A stretch of DNA of 64,000 nucleotides from an uncultured Chthoniobacter sp. Lineage in GTDB: Bacteria > Verrucomicrobiota > Verrucomicrobiia > Chthoniobacterales > Terrimicrobiaceae. The notes beneath the pieces were generated by a model. That model did no database searches, was not told the DNA's origin, and saw nothing but the letters and a program-made list of their open reading frames with translations. The number at the start of each line of letters is the position of its first letter. The stretch's first letter is position 1. This document shows, piece after piece, positions 8,830 through 18,026 of the stretch. The translations under genes were made by a program, and so were the position numbers. The stretch is from assembly GCA_964605515.1 (NCBI GenBank), contig CAZSDC010000001.1, positions 2,611 through 66,610 of the forward strand, in the 5' to 3' direction.

Positions 8830-9051
8830 ATGAAAACAACGATTGATATGCCCGATGCTCTTTTTGAGCGGACGAAAATAGCGTCGGTGCGTCGGCGCAC
8901 AACGATCAAGCGGCTGGTGATTGAGGGGCTGGAGCGGGTCTTGGAGGAATCGACGCCCTGCTCAATGCCACTGGACGCTCTGGCTCGGTTGCGGTCCGGC
9001 TACCATCTCGGAGGCAAACCCCTGAGTCGGGAGAAAGCCCATGCCGGCTGA
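8830..9051 (+). CDS. vapB: VapB-type antitoxin (DUF2191/ribbon-helix-helix-like)
   Basis: 73 aa. MKTTIDMPDALFERTKIASVRRRTTIKRLVIEGLERVL is a typical small antitoxin N-terminus. It overlaps the downstream PIN gene by 11 nt. Confidence 0.7.
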   Translation: MKTTIDMPDALFERTKIASVRRRTTIKRLVIEGLERVLEESTPCSMPLDALARLRSGYHLGGKPLSREKAHAG

Positions 9052-9481
9052 ACGGTTCCTCGACACCAATGTGCTGCTTTATGGTTACGACCTCGACGCG
9101 CCGGAGAAGCGCGAGGTCGCGCTGGATCTGATCGAGCGAGGGTGGTCCCAGCCAGGCAGCTCCGCGCTGAGTGTGCAGGTATTGCAGGAGTTCGTCGTGA
9201 ATTTCATCAAGGCCGGTCATTCCCACGAAGAGGCTGCGACCGTAGCGGGCGATTTTTCCACTTGGCCGGTGGTGGATATCACCCTGCCGCTCTTCCGCGT
9301 TGCTCTTTCGGTCCAAGCCCGATGGCAAACCTCCTTATGGGACGCCATGATCGTGGCCGCAGCTCAGGCCAGTGGCGCACGCGAGTTGCTTACGGAAGAT
9401 TTGAACCACGGGCAAGACTACGGCGGAGTGAAAGTTGTCAACCCATTCCAAGAAAGGCCAAAAACGAGTGGGCTGCTTTGA
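9041..9481 (+). CDS. vapC: PIN-domain ribonuclease toxin VapC
   Basis: FLDTNVLLYGYD (first acidic residue), LWDAMIVAAAQASGARELLTEDLNHG (the distal Asp motif). 146 aa. Confidence 0.85.
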   Translation: MPAERFLDTNVLLYGYDLDAPEKREVALDLIERGWSQPGSSALSVQVLQEFVVNFIKAGHSHEEAATVAGDFSTWPVVDITLPLFRVALSVQARWQTSLWDAMIVAAAQASGARELLTEDLNHGQDYGGVKVVNPFQERPKTSGLL

Positions 9482-9502
9482 AGTCGAAATTTTCGACTTC
9501 AA
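9478..9502. repeat. perfect 12-nt inverted repeat (hairpin) overlapping the vapC stop codon
   Basis: TTGAAGTCGAAA-T-TTTCGACTTCAA. There is no T-tract after it, so it is not a canonical intrinsic terminator. Confidence 0.5.
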
Positions 9503-9853
9503 ACCGGGGGGGCAAGGTGAAACTCCCCATTGGTTTCCCCGAGCGGGGCCTCTATATGCTGGCGACAATCCAAAGGCAACTTTTGCGATCATCGAAACTT
9601 TCGCAAAAATCCGAGAGCTGTCCCGGACGATCAAAACACTCTCCGTTGTCAAGGATGATGCGATGCAGAAAACACTTATGCAGAGGAGTGGCGAAATCGT
9701 GTCCGACATTTTTGACGAGGAATTGCAGACCAGTGACACCGAAACCTCCCTTGAACTCAACTTCGCGGTCTTGAAATTCAAGCACACGATCAAAAGAAAA
9801 AAGCAACAGCGCTAACCCGGTCGGCCGATCCGTCTGGAGAATCACAACAAAGA

Positions 9854-9919
9854 ATGAACATCGCCATCCGCGACTCCTGCCTGCAGTTGGCCGCATACCG
9901 GATTTTTAGATCTCTTTAA
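9854..9919 (+). pseudogene. relic C-terminus of a GT2 paralog (right copy of the 59-nt repeat)
   Basis: Translates to MNIAIRDSCLQLAAYRIFRSL*, compared with SAFRDSCLRLAAYRIFGAI* at the end of the intact GT2 gene (7929-8759). No GT2 body precedes it. Confidence 0.55.
9861..9919. repeat. right copy of the 59-nt direct repeat
   Basis: See 8701-8759: 48/59 identical by hand alignment. Confidence 0.7.
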
Positions 9920-9925
9920 TTCGAT

Positions 9926-11032
9926 ATGAGTCAAAGCATTAATCGGGTATATATTCCGGCAATCGATCATATACGAGCGTTTGCAGCATTATTAGTGGTC
10001 TCTTACCACGGCTTGCAGCTCTTGGGAGCGAGGTTGGCTTATGGCGTGTCATTCGATCCGGAAAAGCATTGGCTGCATCACGCGAATGGTTTCATGACAT
10101 TCATCGAGGAAGGGCATTCCGGAGTCGGGCTCTTCATCGTGCTTTCGGGATTTGTGCTTTCCCTCGGAGTTATTGATAACAATATTGACTATAAGAAGTT
10201 TCTATCGGCAAGAATACTAAGAATATATCCAATGCTTGTTCTTTGCCTGATAATGGCCATCAGTATTCGTCCGGCGAATGCATGGGAATTCCTTACATAT
10301 TTATCCCCCGTTCATTCTGCTGGGATTGGCGGCGGCGTATTTACTACCATGTTTTGGGCTGTAGCAGTCGAATTTCAATGCTACCTTATCTTCCCGTTTC
10401 TCAATAAAACCGCTAATCAAAAAGGCAATATATATATTGTCTCAATCATATTCATGCTGATGATATTGAGCCTGCTTGCCGTGTATTCTGAAACCGGAAA
10501 TCCTCGCGATATTAGTTATTTGACATTAATGGGAAGGCTCGGCCAATTTTGTATAGGAATGATCGCCGCTCGGCTATATGTAAAATATGATTTAAAACGT
10601 CTTTCGGCTTGGTTTATTTTGCCTGCAGTTTTTCTGGTGGCTGGCGCCTTAAATGTTTTTAACTGGGTGGGAGGATATCCCGCGATAAGTGATTGGAAAA
10701 TTCTGTGGCAACCTATAGAGGGGGTTATGTGGGGCATATTTATTCTATCATACTTGCCTTTCGCCGGCATTATTCCGAAAATCATATCTTCTATTATTGG
10801 AAAGTTTGGGGAAATCACATATTCGTTTTATCTATTGCACTTTGCAGTGATAACTTCTGTCATCAATAAAAACTGGTATATCAGATGGACTCATGATGGT
10901 CATGTTAATGCTCTGCTTACCGTGCTTGTGGTAGTAGTTCCAATAACGACCTTAATTTCGATTGTAACATACAAAAATATTGAGGTGCCATTCCTCAAAC
11001 TGCGCCCTAAATATATAATCTACCCTGCATAA
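9926..11032 (+). CDS. acyltransferase family 3 (OafA/WecH-like O-acyltransferase), integral membrane
   Basis: IPAIDHIRAFAALLVVSYHG is the acyltransferase_3 N-terminal motif. About 10 hydrophobic segments. GC is markedly low: 22/60 G+C in both 10201-10260 and 10861-10920, against 36/60 in 11161-11220. Confidence 0.85.
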   Translation: MSQSINRVYIPAIDHIRAFAALLVVSYHGLQLLGARLAYGVSFDPEKHWLHHANGFMTFIEEGHSGVGLFIVLSGFVLSLGVIDNNIDYKKFLSARILRIYPMLVLCLIMAISIRPANAWEFLTYLSPVHSAGIGGGVFTTMFWAVAVEFQCYLIFPFLNKTANQKGNIYIVSIIFMLMILSLLAVYSETGNPRDISYLTLMGRLGQFCIGMIAARLYVKYDLKRLSAWFILPAVFLVAGALNVFNWVGGYPAISDWKILWQPIEGVMWGIFILSYLPFAGIIPKIISSIIGKFGEITYSFYLLHFAVITSVINKNWYIRWTHDGHVNALLTVLVVVVPITTLISIVTYKNIEVPFLKLRPKYIIYPA

Positions 11033-11108
11033 TACAGTCGTTACTAAACCGCCCTCGACGCGCTTCGTCGGCCAGATTTTTAAATGTCTCTAACATGACT
11101 GCCCCACA

Positions 11109-12143
11109 ATGAATACCACCGACTCCCACCTCTGCGAAAAAAGCAGCATTCTGATCACCGGCGGCACCGGTTCGTTCGGGCAGAAGTTTGTCCAGACGCT
11201 GCTCGAAAAATACCACCCGGAGAGAATCGTCGTTTACTCCAGGGATGAGCTGAAACAGTTCGAGATGGCGCAAAAGTTCCCGGATTCCGTCTATGGCTGC
11301 ATGCGGTATTTTATCGGAGATGTCCGAGACAGGGATCGTTTGCCCCAGGCGATGGAGGGGATAGACACGGTCATCCACGCGGCTGCCTTGAAGCAGGTTC
11401 CCGCCGCGGAATACAACCCGTTCGAGTTCATCAAAACGAATGTTCTCGGTGCGCAAAACGTGATCGACGCGTCGTTGGCCACGGGCGTCAAACGTGTCGT
11501 GGCCCTCTCGACCGACAAGGCTGCTGCCCCGATCAACCTCTACGGCGCCACCAAGCTTTGCTCGGACAAGCTTTTTACCGCCGCCAACAATATCCGCGGA
11601 AAGCGTGATCTCCGATTCAGCGTGGTCCGTTACGGAAACGTGATGGGAAGCAGGGGGTCGGTCATTCCATTCTTTCTGGAACGCCTCAAGACGGGGGTGT
11701 TGCCGATCACCGATCCGGCAATGACACGTTTCAACATTAGCCTGCAGGAGGGGGTTGACATGGTGATCTGGGCGCTTCAGTACATGCACGGCGGAGAAAT
11801 CTTCGTGCCGAAAATCCCAAGCTACCGCATCACCGACTTGGCGCGGGCCATCGGTCCTGAATGCGAATATCCGGTCGTCGGAATTCGTCCCGGGGAAAAA
11901 ATCCACGAGGAAATGATCACCGTGAGCGACAGTTTTAACACGGTGGATTTCGGGAAATATTTCGCCATTTTGCCATCCGCCGGCACTCATTCGGTCGAGA
12001 GCTATTGCACCGCATCCGGAGCCGTTCCCGCCGCGACGGGGCACTCCTACAACAGCGGTGACAACCCCGATTTTCTGACGGTCGAGCAACTAGAGCTAAT
12101 GATTGCCGAGCAGGTTGTGAAAAAGGTTGATAGGAGCCAATGA
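11109..12143 (+). CDS. pseB: UDP-N-acetylglucosamine 4,6-dehydratase (inverting), PseB/FlaA1
   Basis: ILITGGTGSFGQKFV, YFIGDVRDRDRL, YGATKLCSDKLF and the length (344 aa) are typical of PseB. Confidence 0.9.
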   Translation: MNTTDSHLCEKSSILITGGTGSFGQKFVQTLLEKYHPERIVVYSRDELKQFEMAQKFPDSVYGCMRYFIGDVRDRDRLPQAMEGIDTVIHAAALKQVPAAEYNPFEFIKTNVLGAQNVIDASLATGVKRVVALSTDKAAAPINLYGATKLCSDKLFTAANNIRGKRDLRFSVVRYGNVMGSRGSVIPFFLERLKTGVLPITDPAMTRFNISLQEGVDMVIWALQYMHGGEIFVPKIPSYRITDLARAIGPECEYPVVGIRPGEKIHEEMITVSDSFNTVDFGKYFAILPSAGTHSVESYCTASGAVPAATGHSYNSGDNPDFLTVEQLELMIAEQVVKKVDRSQ

Positions 12144-13300
12144 TCCCATACGGACGCCAGGATATCACCCAGGAAGACATCGACGCCGTCGTGGAGGTGC
12201 TGCGGTCGGACTACCTGACTCAGGGCCCGATGGTTCCAGCCTTCGAGGCGGGCGTTTCCCATGCATGCGGGACCGCGCATGCGGTGGCCGTCAACAGTGC
12301 GACATCGGCTCTGCATATCGCCTGTTTAGCTCTTGGGCTGGGACCTGGAGACTGGCTTTGGACGAGTCCGATCACGTTTGTCGCGTCCGCAAATTGCGCT
12401 CTCTATTGCGGTGCTCAAGTCGATTTCGTCGATATCGACCCTCGCACCTATAACATTTGCCCGCAGGAGTTGGAGCGCAAGCTCATCGAGGCAGAGCGCG
12501 AAGGCCGGCTTCCAAAAATTGTGGCGCCCGTCCACCTCTGCGGACAATCCTGCGATATGGCCGCTATCCATGCTTTGGCGCAACGCTTCGGGTTCAAAAT
12601 TATCGAAGACGCCTCCCACGCCATTGGCGGAAGATACAATGGCGGGCCCGTAGGTAACTGCCGTTACAGCGATATCACGGTTTTCAGCTTTCACCCCGTC
12701 AAGATCATCACAACCGGCGAAGGAGGGATGGCCCTCACAAACGATCCGGGCCTGTCCGAGCGCATGGCCCTCCTGCGCAGTCACGGGATCACCCGTGACG
12801 CGGGAAAAATGACGCACGCTTCCGACGGCCCGTGGTATTACCAGCAGGTTGATCTCGGTTTTAACTACCGCATGACGGATCTCCAGGCGGCACTTGGCAT
12901 CAGCCAGATGGGTCGTCTGGATGCCTACGTGGCAAAAAGGAACAAGATCGCCGCCCGATACAATGAGATGATTGAGGGTTTGCCACTGACCGTGCCGTGG
13001 ATCGCCCCCGATGTTTTTTCCGCATTTCATCTGTATGTCATCTGCCTGGACAGCGACCGGTCACCCTGCACGCATTCACAGCTTTTCGGAGCCCTGCACC
13101 GGACGGGAATCGGCGTCAATCTTCACTATATTCCTGTTTATAGGCAGCCCTATTATGCGAACATGGGATTCGAGGCAGGTTACTGCCCCCAGGCAGAACG
13201 CTACTACAGCGAAGCCGTCAGCCTGCCGATGTATGCCACACTCTCAGAAGGCCAGCAGGATATGGTTGTCAGGACATTAAAAAGCAACCTTGAAGGGTGA
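12140..13300 (+). CDS. pseC: UDP-4-amino-4,6-dideoxy-N-acetyl-beta-L-altrosamine transaminase-like (DegT/DnrJ/EryC1 family), PseC
   Basis: MIPYGRQDITQEDIDAVVEVLRSDYLTQGP and FSFHPVKIITTGEGGMALTND (PLP lysine). ATGA overlap with pseB, and AGGAG at 12132-12136. Confidence 0.85.
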   Translation: MIPYGRQDITQEDIDAVVEVLRSDYLTQGPMVPAFEAGVSHACGTAHAVAVNSATSALHIACLALGLGPGDWLWTSPITFVASANCALYCGAQVDFVDIDPRTYNICPQELERKLIEAEREGRLPKIVAPVHLCGQSCDMAAIHALAQRFGFKIIEDASHAIGGRYNGGPVGNCRYSDITVFSFHPVKIITTGEGGMALTNDPGLSERMALLRSHGITRDAGKMTHASDGPWYYQQVDLGFNYRMTDLQAALGISQMGRLDAYVAKRNKIAARYNEMIEGLPLTVPWIAPDVFSAFHLYVICLDSDRSPCTHSQLFGALHRTGIGVNLHYIPVYRQPYYANMGFEAGYCPQAERYYSEAVSLPMYATLSEGQQDMVVRTLKSNLEG

Positions 13301-14163
13301 AAATTGCTCTCGGGACAGTTCAGTTCGGGATGCGCTATGGCATCGCCAATACGGGGGGGCAGACCTCGCCGGATGAGGTCGGGGAGATACTGGCCTATGC
13401 CCGCAGCCAAGGGGTCGATACTTTGGATACGGCGATTGGCTACGGCGAGAGCGAGGCGGTGCTGGGCGGGCATGCGCTGAACGGCTGGAAAGTCATCTCT
13501 AAAATCGGATCTGTTCCAACGGACTGCAAGGATACCGCCGCCTGGGTGAAGGAGCGGATTCTTGGCTCCCTGTCCCGCCTGCGAATTCCGGCACTTTACG
13601 CCTTGCTGCTTCACTCCCCCCGTCAGCTTCTGGAAGCGAAGGGTGACGAGATTTACTCCGCTTTAAATTCGGCCAAAGAGGAGGGGATTATCGGGAAATT
13701 TGGCGTTTCCATCTATAACCCCCGTGAACTCGATATGTTAGTGGACCGATATCCGTTCGGAATTGTTCAGGCACCCTTCAACATCCTTGACCACCGGTTG
13801 GTTGACTCGGGTTGGATGGGCCGCCTGCAAGCGGCCGGAGTCGAGATTCATGTGCGATCCCTCTTCCTGCAGGGGCTCCTGCTGATGAGCGAATCGGAGC
13901 GACCAAAAACATTTCTACGGTGGAAGAACCTCTGGACGGCCTGGTCGGCCTGGTTGGAGCAAACTCACCAGAGCGCCCTCGAAGCCTGTCTGCGCTTTGT
14001 CTTGGCACATCCTGAAATTAACCGGGCGGTGGTCGGGGTGGATAGCCTGAAGCAGATTCAAGAAATCTGTGCGGCGACCTCCGGAGAAGCCCCCTCGGTC
14101 CCTTCCTCAATTCGATCTGACGATGAGGAATTGTTGAACCCCTCTTGCTGGTCCAATCTATGA
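13297..14163 (+). CDS. aldo/keto reductase
   Basis: GTG start overlaps the pseC stop. LGTVQFGMRYGIAN...GVDTLDTAIGYGESE is a typical AKR N-terminus. Confidence 0.8.
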   Translation: MKIALGTVQFGMRYGIANTGGQTSPDEVGEILAYARSQGVDTLDTAIGYGESEAVLGGHALNGWKVISKIGSVPTDCKDTAAWVKERILGSLSRLRIPALYALLLHSPRQLLEAKGDEIYSALNSAKEEGIIGKFGVSIYNPRELDMLVDRYPFGIVQAPFNILDHRLVDSGWMGRLQAAGVEIHVRSLFLQGLLLMSESERPKTFLRWKNLWTAWSAWLEQTHQSALEACLRFVLAHPEINRAVVGVDSLKQIQEICAATSGEAPSVPSSIRSDDEELLNPSCWSNL

Positions 14164-16187
14164 AAGTTGTCGGAATCGTTCAAGCCCGCATGGGGTCGAC
14201 CCGGTTTCCGGGAAAGGTGATGCAGCCGATCCATGGCGTTCCCATGATCGAGCTTCTCCTCCGCCGGTTGGCCACCTCTCGGACGCTTGACAAAATTCTC
14301 CTCGCGACTTCCGTGGATCCGTGCAACAAGCCCCTGGCCGAACATGCGCATAGCTTGGGATACGTCTGCTATCAAGGCAGTGAAAATGATGTCTTGGACC
14401 GGTATTACCAGGCCGCCAAACTATCTTCGGCGGATGTCGTTGTCCGGATCACCGGCGACTGTCCCTTGGTCGATCCGGCGCTCGTTGATGAAGTTGTCCG
14501 CGGCTTCCTGGCGGCAAAAGTTGACTATTTCAGTAACGTCGCCCCGCCGACCTATCCCGATGGACTCGATATTGAGGTCTTTAGCTTTGCGGCCCTCGAA
14601 AGAGCTTCCCGCGAAGCCTCGAAGAGTCTCGATCGCGAACATGTCACTCCCTACCTGCGTGAAGGCCCCTCGTTTGCGCGCTCATCAATACAGAACAACG
14701 AGGATCTTTCGAGCCTGCGCTGGACCGTTGATGAACCTGCGGATCTGGAGGTGGTCGCAAGAATCTTCGCTCATTTCTCTCCGGATATCTATTTCGCATG
14801 GCAAAGCGTGCTCAACTTGCAAAAAAACCACCCGGAAATTTTTCAAGCGAACCGGAACATTGCCCGCAACGAGGGGATGACGATTGGCACCGGGCAAAAG
14901 CTCTGGGAACGAGCCAAACGCGTCATCCCCGGAGGGAATATGCTGCTTTCCAAGCGCCCCGAAATGTTTCTTCCCGGGCAGTGGCCTGCGTATTTCAGCA
15001 AAGCCAAAGGCTGCAGGGTCTGGGATCTGGACGGCAAAGAATACATCGACATGTCCATCATGGGCATCGGCACCAATATTCTCGGCTACGGTCATCCGGA
15101 AGTGGACGATGCTGTCAGGAAGACCGTGGATGCCGGAAATATGTCCACTCTGAATTGCCCGGAGGAAGTCTATCTGATCGAGAAGCTGATCGAGATCCAT
15201 CCGTGGGCCGACATGGGACGGCTCGCCCGCTCTGGAGGTGAAGCCAATGCTATCGCCATCCGCATCGCCCGCGCTGCGACGGGCAAAGACAAGGTGGCCA
15301 TCTGCGGCTACCACGGTTGGCACGACTGGTATCTCTCGGCAAACCTGGGGGATGACGAAAATCTCGCAGGTCACCTCCTCCCGGGTCTCGATGCCAGAGG
15401 AGTTCCTCAAAACTTGCGGGGCACGGTATTTCCCTTCAACTATAATAACTTTGCAGAATTGGAGGCGCTGGTGAACGCCCATGACATCGGCGTCATCAAG
15501 ATGGAGGTTGTCAGGAACATGGGGCCCGAGGACAACTTCCTGCAGAAGGTCCGGGACTTGGCAACAGCACGGGGGATTGTTCTCATTTTCGATGAATGCA
15601 CCTCCGGATTCCGGGAAACATTCGGCGGGCTGCACAAAAAGTTCGGCGTCGAGCCCGATATGGCCATGTTCGGAAAGGCGCTCGGCAACGGCTACGCGAT
15701 CACCGCCACCATTGGAAAACGTGCGATCATGGAAGCTGCCCAATCCACCTTCATTTCCAGCACATTTTGGACCGAGCGGATAGGCCCAACTGCTGCCCTC
15801 AAAACACTGGAGGTCATGAAGAGGGAAAAATCCTGGGAGACGATCACCCGCACCGGTCTGGGAATCCGCGCGAAATGGCAGGAGATGGCGGACAAACACA
15901 GTCTTGCGCTGGATCACTGGGGCCTTCCGGCGCTCACCGGCTTTACAATCAAGAGCCCGAACTCTCTGGCCTACAAAACGCTCATCACCCAGAAAATGCT
16001 CGCCAAAGGCTTTCTTGTCGGTAACAGCGTCTATGTCTGCACCGAGCACACGCCGGAGGTGCTCGACCTATACTTCGATAGTCTGGACCCGGTATTCCGC
16101 CTCATCCGGGAGTGCGAGGAGGGGCGAAATATCCTGGATTTGTTGGAAGGACCGGTCTGCCACGGCGGGTTCAAGCGCCTAAACTGA
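14160..16187 (+). CDS. fusion protein: SpsF-like cytidylyltransferase domain + class-III (glutamate-1-semialdehyde aminomutase-like) PLP aminotransferase domain
   Basis: ATG at 14160 (ATGA overlap). N-domain has MKVVGIVQARMGSTRFPGKVM...RITGDCPLVDP. The C-domain starts at about aa 240: VIPGGNMLLSKRPE...ARSGGEANAIAIRIARAATG...IFDECTSGFR...FGKALGNGY (PLP lysine). Confidence 0.8.
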   Translation: MKVVGIVQARMGSTRFPGKVMQPIHGVPMIELLLRRLATSRTLDKILLATSVDPCNKPLAEHAHSLGYVCYQGSENDVLDRYYQAAKLSSADVVVRITGDCPLVDPALVDEVVRGFLAAKVDYFSNVAPPTYPDGLDIEVFSFAALERASREASKSLDREHVTPYLREGPSFARSSIQNNEDLSSLRWTVDEPADLEVVARIFAHFSPDIYFAWQSVLNLQKNHPEIFQANRNIARNEGMTIGTGQKLWERAKRVIPGGNMLLSKRPEMFLPGQWPAYFSKAKGCRVWDLDGKEYIDMSIMGIGTNILGYGHPEVDDAVRKTVDAGNMSTLNCPEEVYLIEKLIEIHPWADMGRLARSGGEANAIAIRIARAATGKDKVAICGYHGWHDWYLSANLGDDENLAGHLLPGLDARGVPQNLRGTVFPFNYNNFAELEALVNAHDIGVIKMEVVRNMGPEDNFLQKVRDLATARGIVLIFDECTSGFRETFGGLHKKFGVEPDMAMFGKALGNGYAITATIGKRAIMEAAQSTFISSTFWTERIGPTAALKTLEVMKREKSWETITRTGLGIRAKWQEMADKHSLALDHWGLPALTGFTIKSPNSLAYKTLITQKMLAKGFLVGNSVYVCTEHTPEVLDLYFDSLDPVFRLIRECEEGRNILDLLEGPVCHGGFKRLN

Positions 16188-16192
16188 ACCGG

Positions 16193-17266
16193 ATGCACAT
16201 CGCCTTCCGTGTTGACGCTTCCCGCCAGATCGGCACCGGCCACTTCATGCGGTGTCTCACCCTGGCGGATGCATTGAAGGAACGTGGTGCTTCCTCGGGA
16301 TTTCTCTCCCGGAATCTGCCGAAACATCTGCGAGGACTGCTGGATCTAAGGGGGCACGCTCTCCTCCCGCTAGCTCCAGGCGACGACGCTCCCGACGGTG
16401 ATTTGCTTCACTCCACGTGGCTGGGAACCTCACAGCAAGCGGACGCCCAGAACTGCCTCGGAGCGCTTCGCGAAATGCGCTGCGACTGGCTCGTCGTTGA
16501 CCACTACGCGCTCGATGGTCGCTGGGAAACCCCGCTCCGCCAAAAGGCGGATAAAATTTTTGCCATCGATGATATTGCCGATCGCAACCACGACTGCGAC
16601 CTTCTGCTGGATCAGAATTATTACGCGGACATGCACGGGCGCTACCGAGAACGATTGCCAAAATCCTGCACTCCCCTTCTAGGGCCAAAATATGCTATTC
16701 TCCGCAAAGAATTCATCAACCTCCATGCCAACTCTAGGCCTCGTCCGGGACATGTCGAGCGAGTGTTTATTTTCCTCGGCGGCGTGGATTTAGACAATTA
16801 TACAGGCGTCGTCATGCGAGCGCTTGATAACTTTCGGCGCAAAAACCTGTCTGTGGACATTGTGCTAGGGGCCCAGCATCCCTGCAGAAAAGAGATTTGT
16901 GGTGAATGCGAGCGAAAACAGTATTCGGTGCATGTCCAGACTGACCGAATTGGAGAACTGATGAAAGCGGCGGATCTGGGGATAGGGGCGGGAGGCTCAT
17001 CAACATGGGAGAGATGCGCTGTGGGTCTTCCCACTCTCGTCGTCGCTGTCGCCGCAAACCAGATTCCTACGGCCATTGACACGGCAAAGATCGGCGCGAC
17101 AAATTATGCGGGCTGCGCCGGCGATGTCTCTGCAGAGTTGCTGGCACAGGAAATTGACCGATCTTTTGATTCGTCCTGGATTAATCGCGCCTCTAGGTTT
17201 TGCCTTGATCTCGTCGATGCCCTTGGCGTCCAGCGAATTCTAGAACAAATGAAATGCTATGAGTGA
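16193..17266 (+). CDS. pseG: UDP-2,4-diacetamido-2,4,6-trideoxy-beta-L-altropyranose hydrolase, PseG
   Basis: Internal ATG at 16193. MHIAFRVDASRQIGTGHFMRCLTLADALKERG is the PseG N-terminal signature. GT-B-like C-terminus has GAGGSSTWERCAVGLP. Confidence 0.8.
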   Translation: MHIAFRVDASRQIGTGHFMRCLTLADALKERGASSGFLSRNLPKHLRGLLDLRGHALLPLAPGDDAPDGDLLHSTWLGTSQQADAQNCLGALREMRCDWLVVDHYALDGRWETPLRQKADKIFAIDDIADRNHDCDLLLDQNYYADMHGRYRERLPKSCTPLLGPKYAILRKEFINLHANSRPRPGHVERVFIFLGGVDLDNYTGVVMRALDNFRRKNLSVDIVLGAQHPCRKEICGECERKQYSVHVQTDRIGELMKAADLGIGAGGSSTWERCAVGLPTLVVAVAANQIPTAIDTAKIGATNYAGCAGDVSAELLAQEIDRSFDSSWINRASRFCLDLVDALGVQRILEQMKCYE

Positions 17267-18026
17267 AGACCCCATCTTGAATCATTGGAACCAGCGCGCG
17301 GCGCTTGCGGAGAAATCCGGCAGCGACGACGTTATCGCCAAGGAGATCGAAACGAATGCGATTTCCAACCATATCCGGGATGGGATGGTCGTGGCGGAAT
17401 TTGGCTGCGGGAACGCGGCGACGGCTGTCAATTTGCGAGCCCGGCATGACATCGAACTTTATTGCTTTGATTTTTCTCCAGCGATGATCGAGTTGGCTAA
17501 GGCTCGGGTCGAGCAAGCCGGGATGACGAAGCATATCCACTTGGAGGTGTGCGATATTAGAAAAGAGCCAAAACAGCCACTAAATTTTGACGCCATATAT
17601 ACCGAGCGGATGATTATCAATCTGCCAGACTGGAATACGCAGGCGAATGCAATTAGATATCTTACAAGAAACCTCAAATCCGGCGGGACATATCTCATGT
17701 GTGAAAACAGCGCCAATGGCCTTGATGAGCTGAATGCGCTACGTGCTTCGGTCGGGCTTGAGCCCATTGCTCCTCCCTGGCATAACTTATATCTGATAGA
17801 CGAACTCGTAGCCTCGCTTGAGTCACCTGAAGCAGAGCTTGTCGATGTCGAGATGTTCAGCGCGACCTACTATTTCTTAAGTCGAGTTGTTAATGCATCC
17901 CTGGCCGCCCGCGAGGGGAAGTCTCCATCATATGATGCCCCGGTCAACAGTCTGGCCCTTCGACTGCCTCCCATGGGCCAATGCGCGCAAGGCAAACTGT
18001 GGGTCTTTCGCAAAATCCATGCCTGA
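17259..18026 (+). CDS. class I SAM-dependent methyltransferase embedded in the pse operon
   Basis: VVAEFGCGNAATAVNL (motif I). Overlaps both neighbouring genes by 8 nt. Confidence 0.7.
   Translation: MSEDPILNHWNQRAALAEKSGSDDVIAKEIETNAISNHIRDGMVVAEFGCGNAATAVNLRARHDIELYCFDFSPAMIELAKARVEQAGMTKHIHLEVCDIRKEPKQPLNFDAIYTERMIINLPDWNTQANAIRYLTRNLKSGGTYLMCENSANGLDELNALRASVGLEPIAPPWHNLYLIDELVASLESPEAELVDVEMFSATYYFLSRVVNASLAAREGKSPSYDAPVNSLALRLPPMGQCAQGKLWVFRKIHA

Noticed and set aside
9435-9815. 126-aa ORF downstream of and overlapping vapC (TTG start inside vapC; ...ATFAIIETFAKIRELSRTIKTLSVV...).
   Set aside because: It has no ATG or plausible RBS until late in the ORF, overlaps vapC by 47 nt and spans the hairpin. 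I recognise no family with confidence, only a faint resemblance to C-terminal helices of ORF6N/KilA-N-type proteins. It is probably non-coding or a gene remnant inside the inserted cassette.
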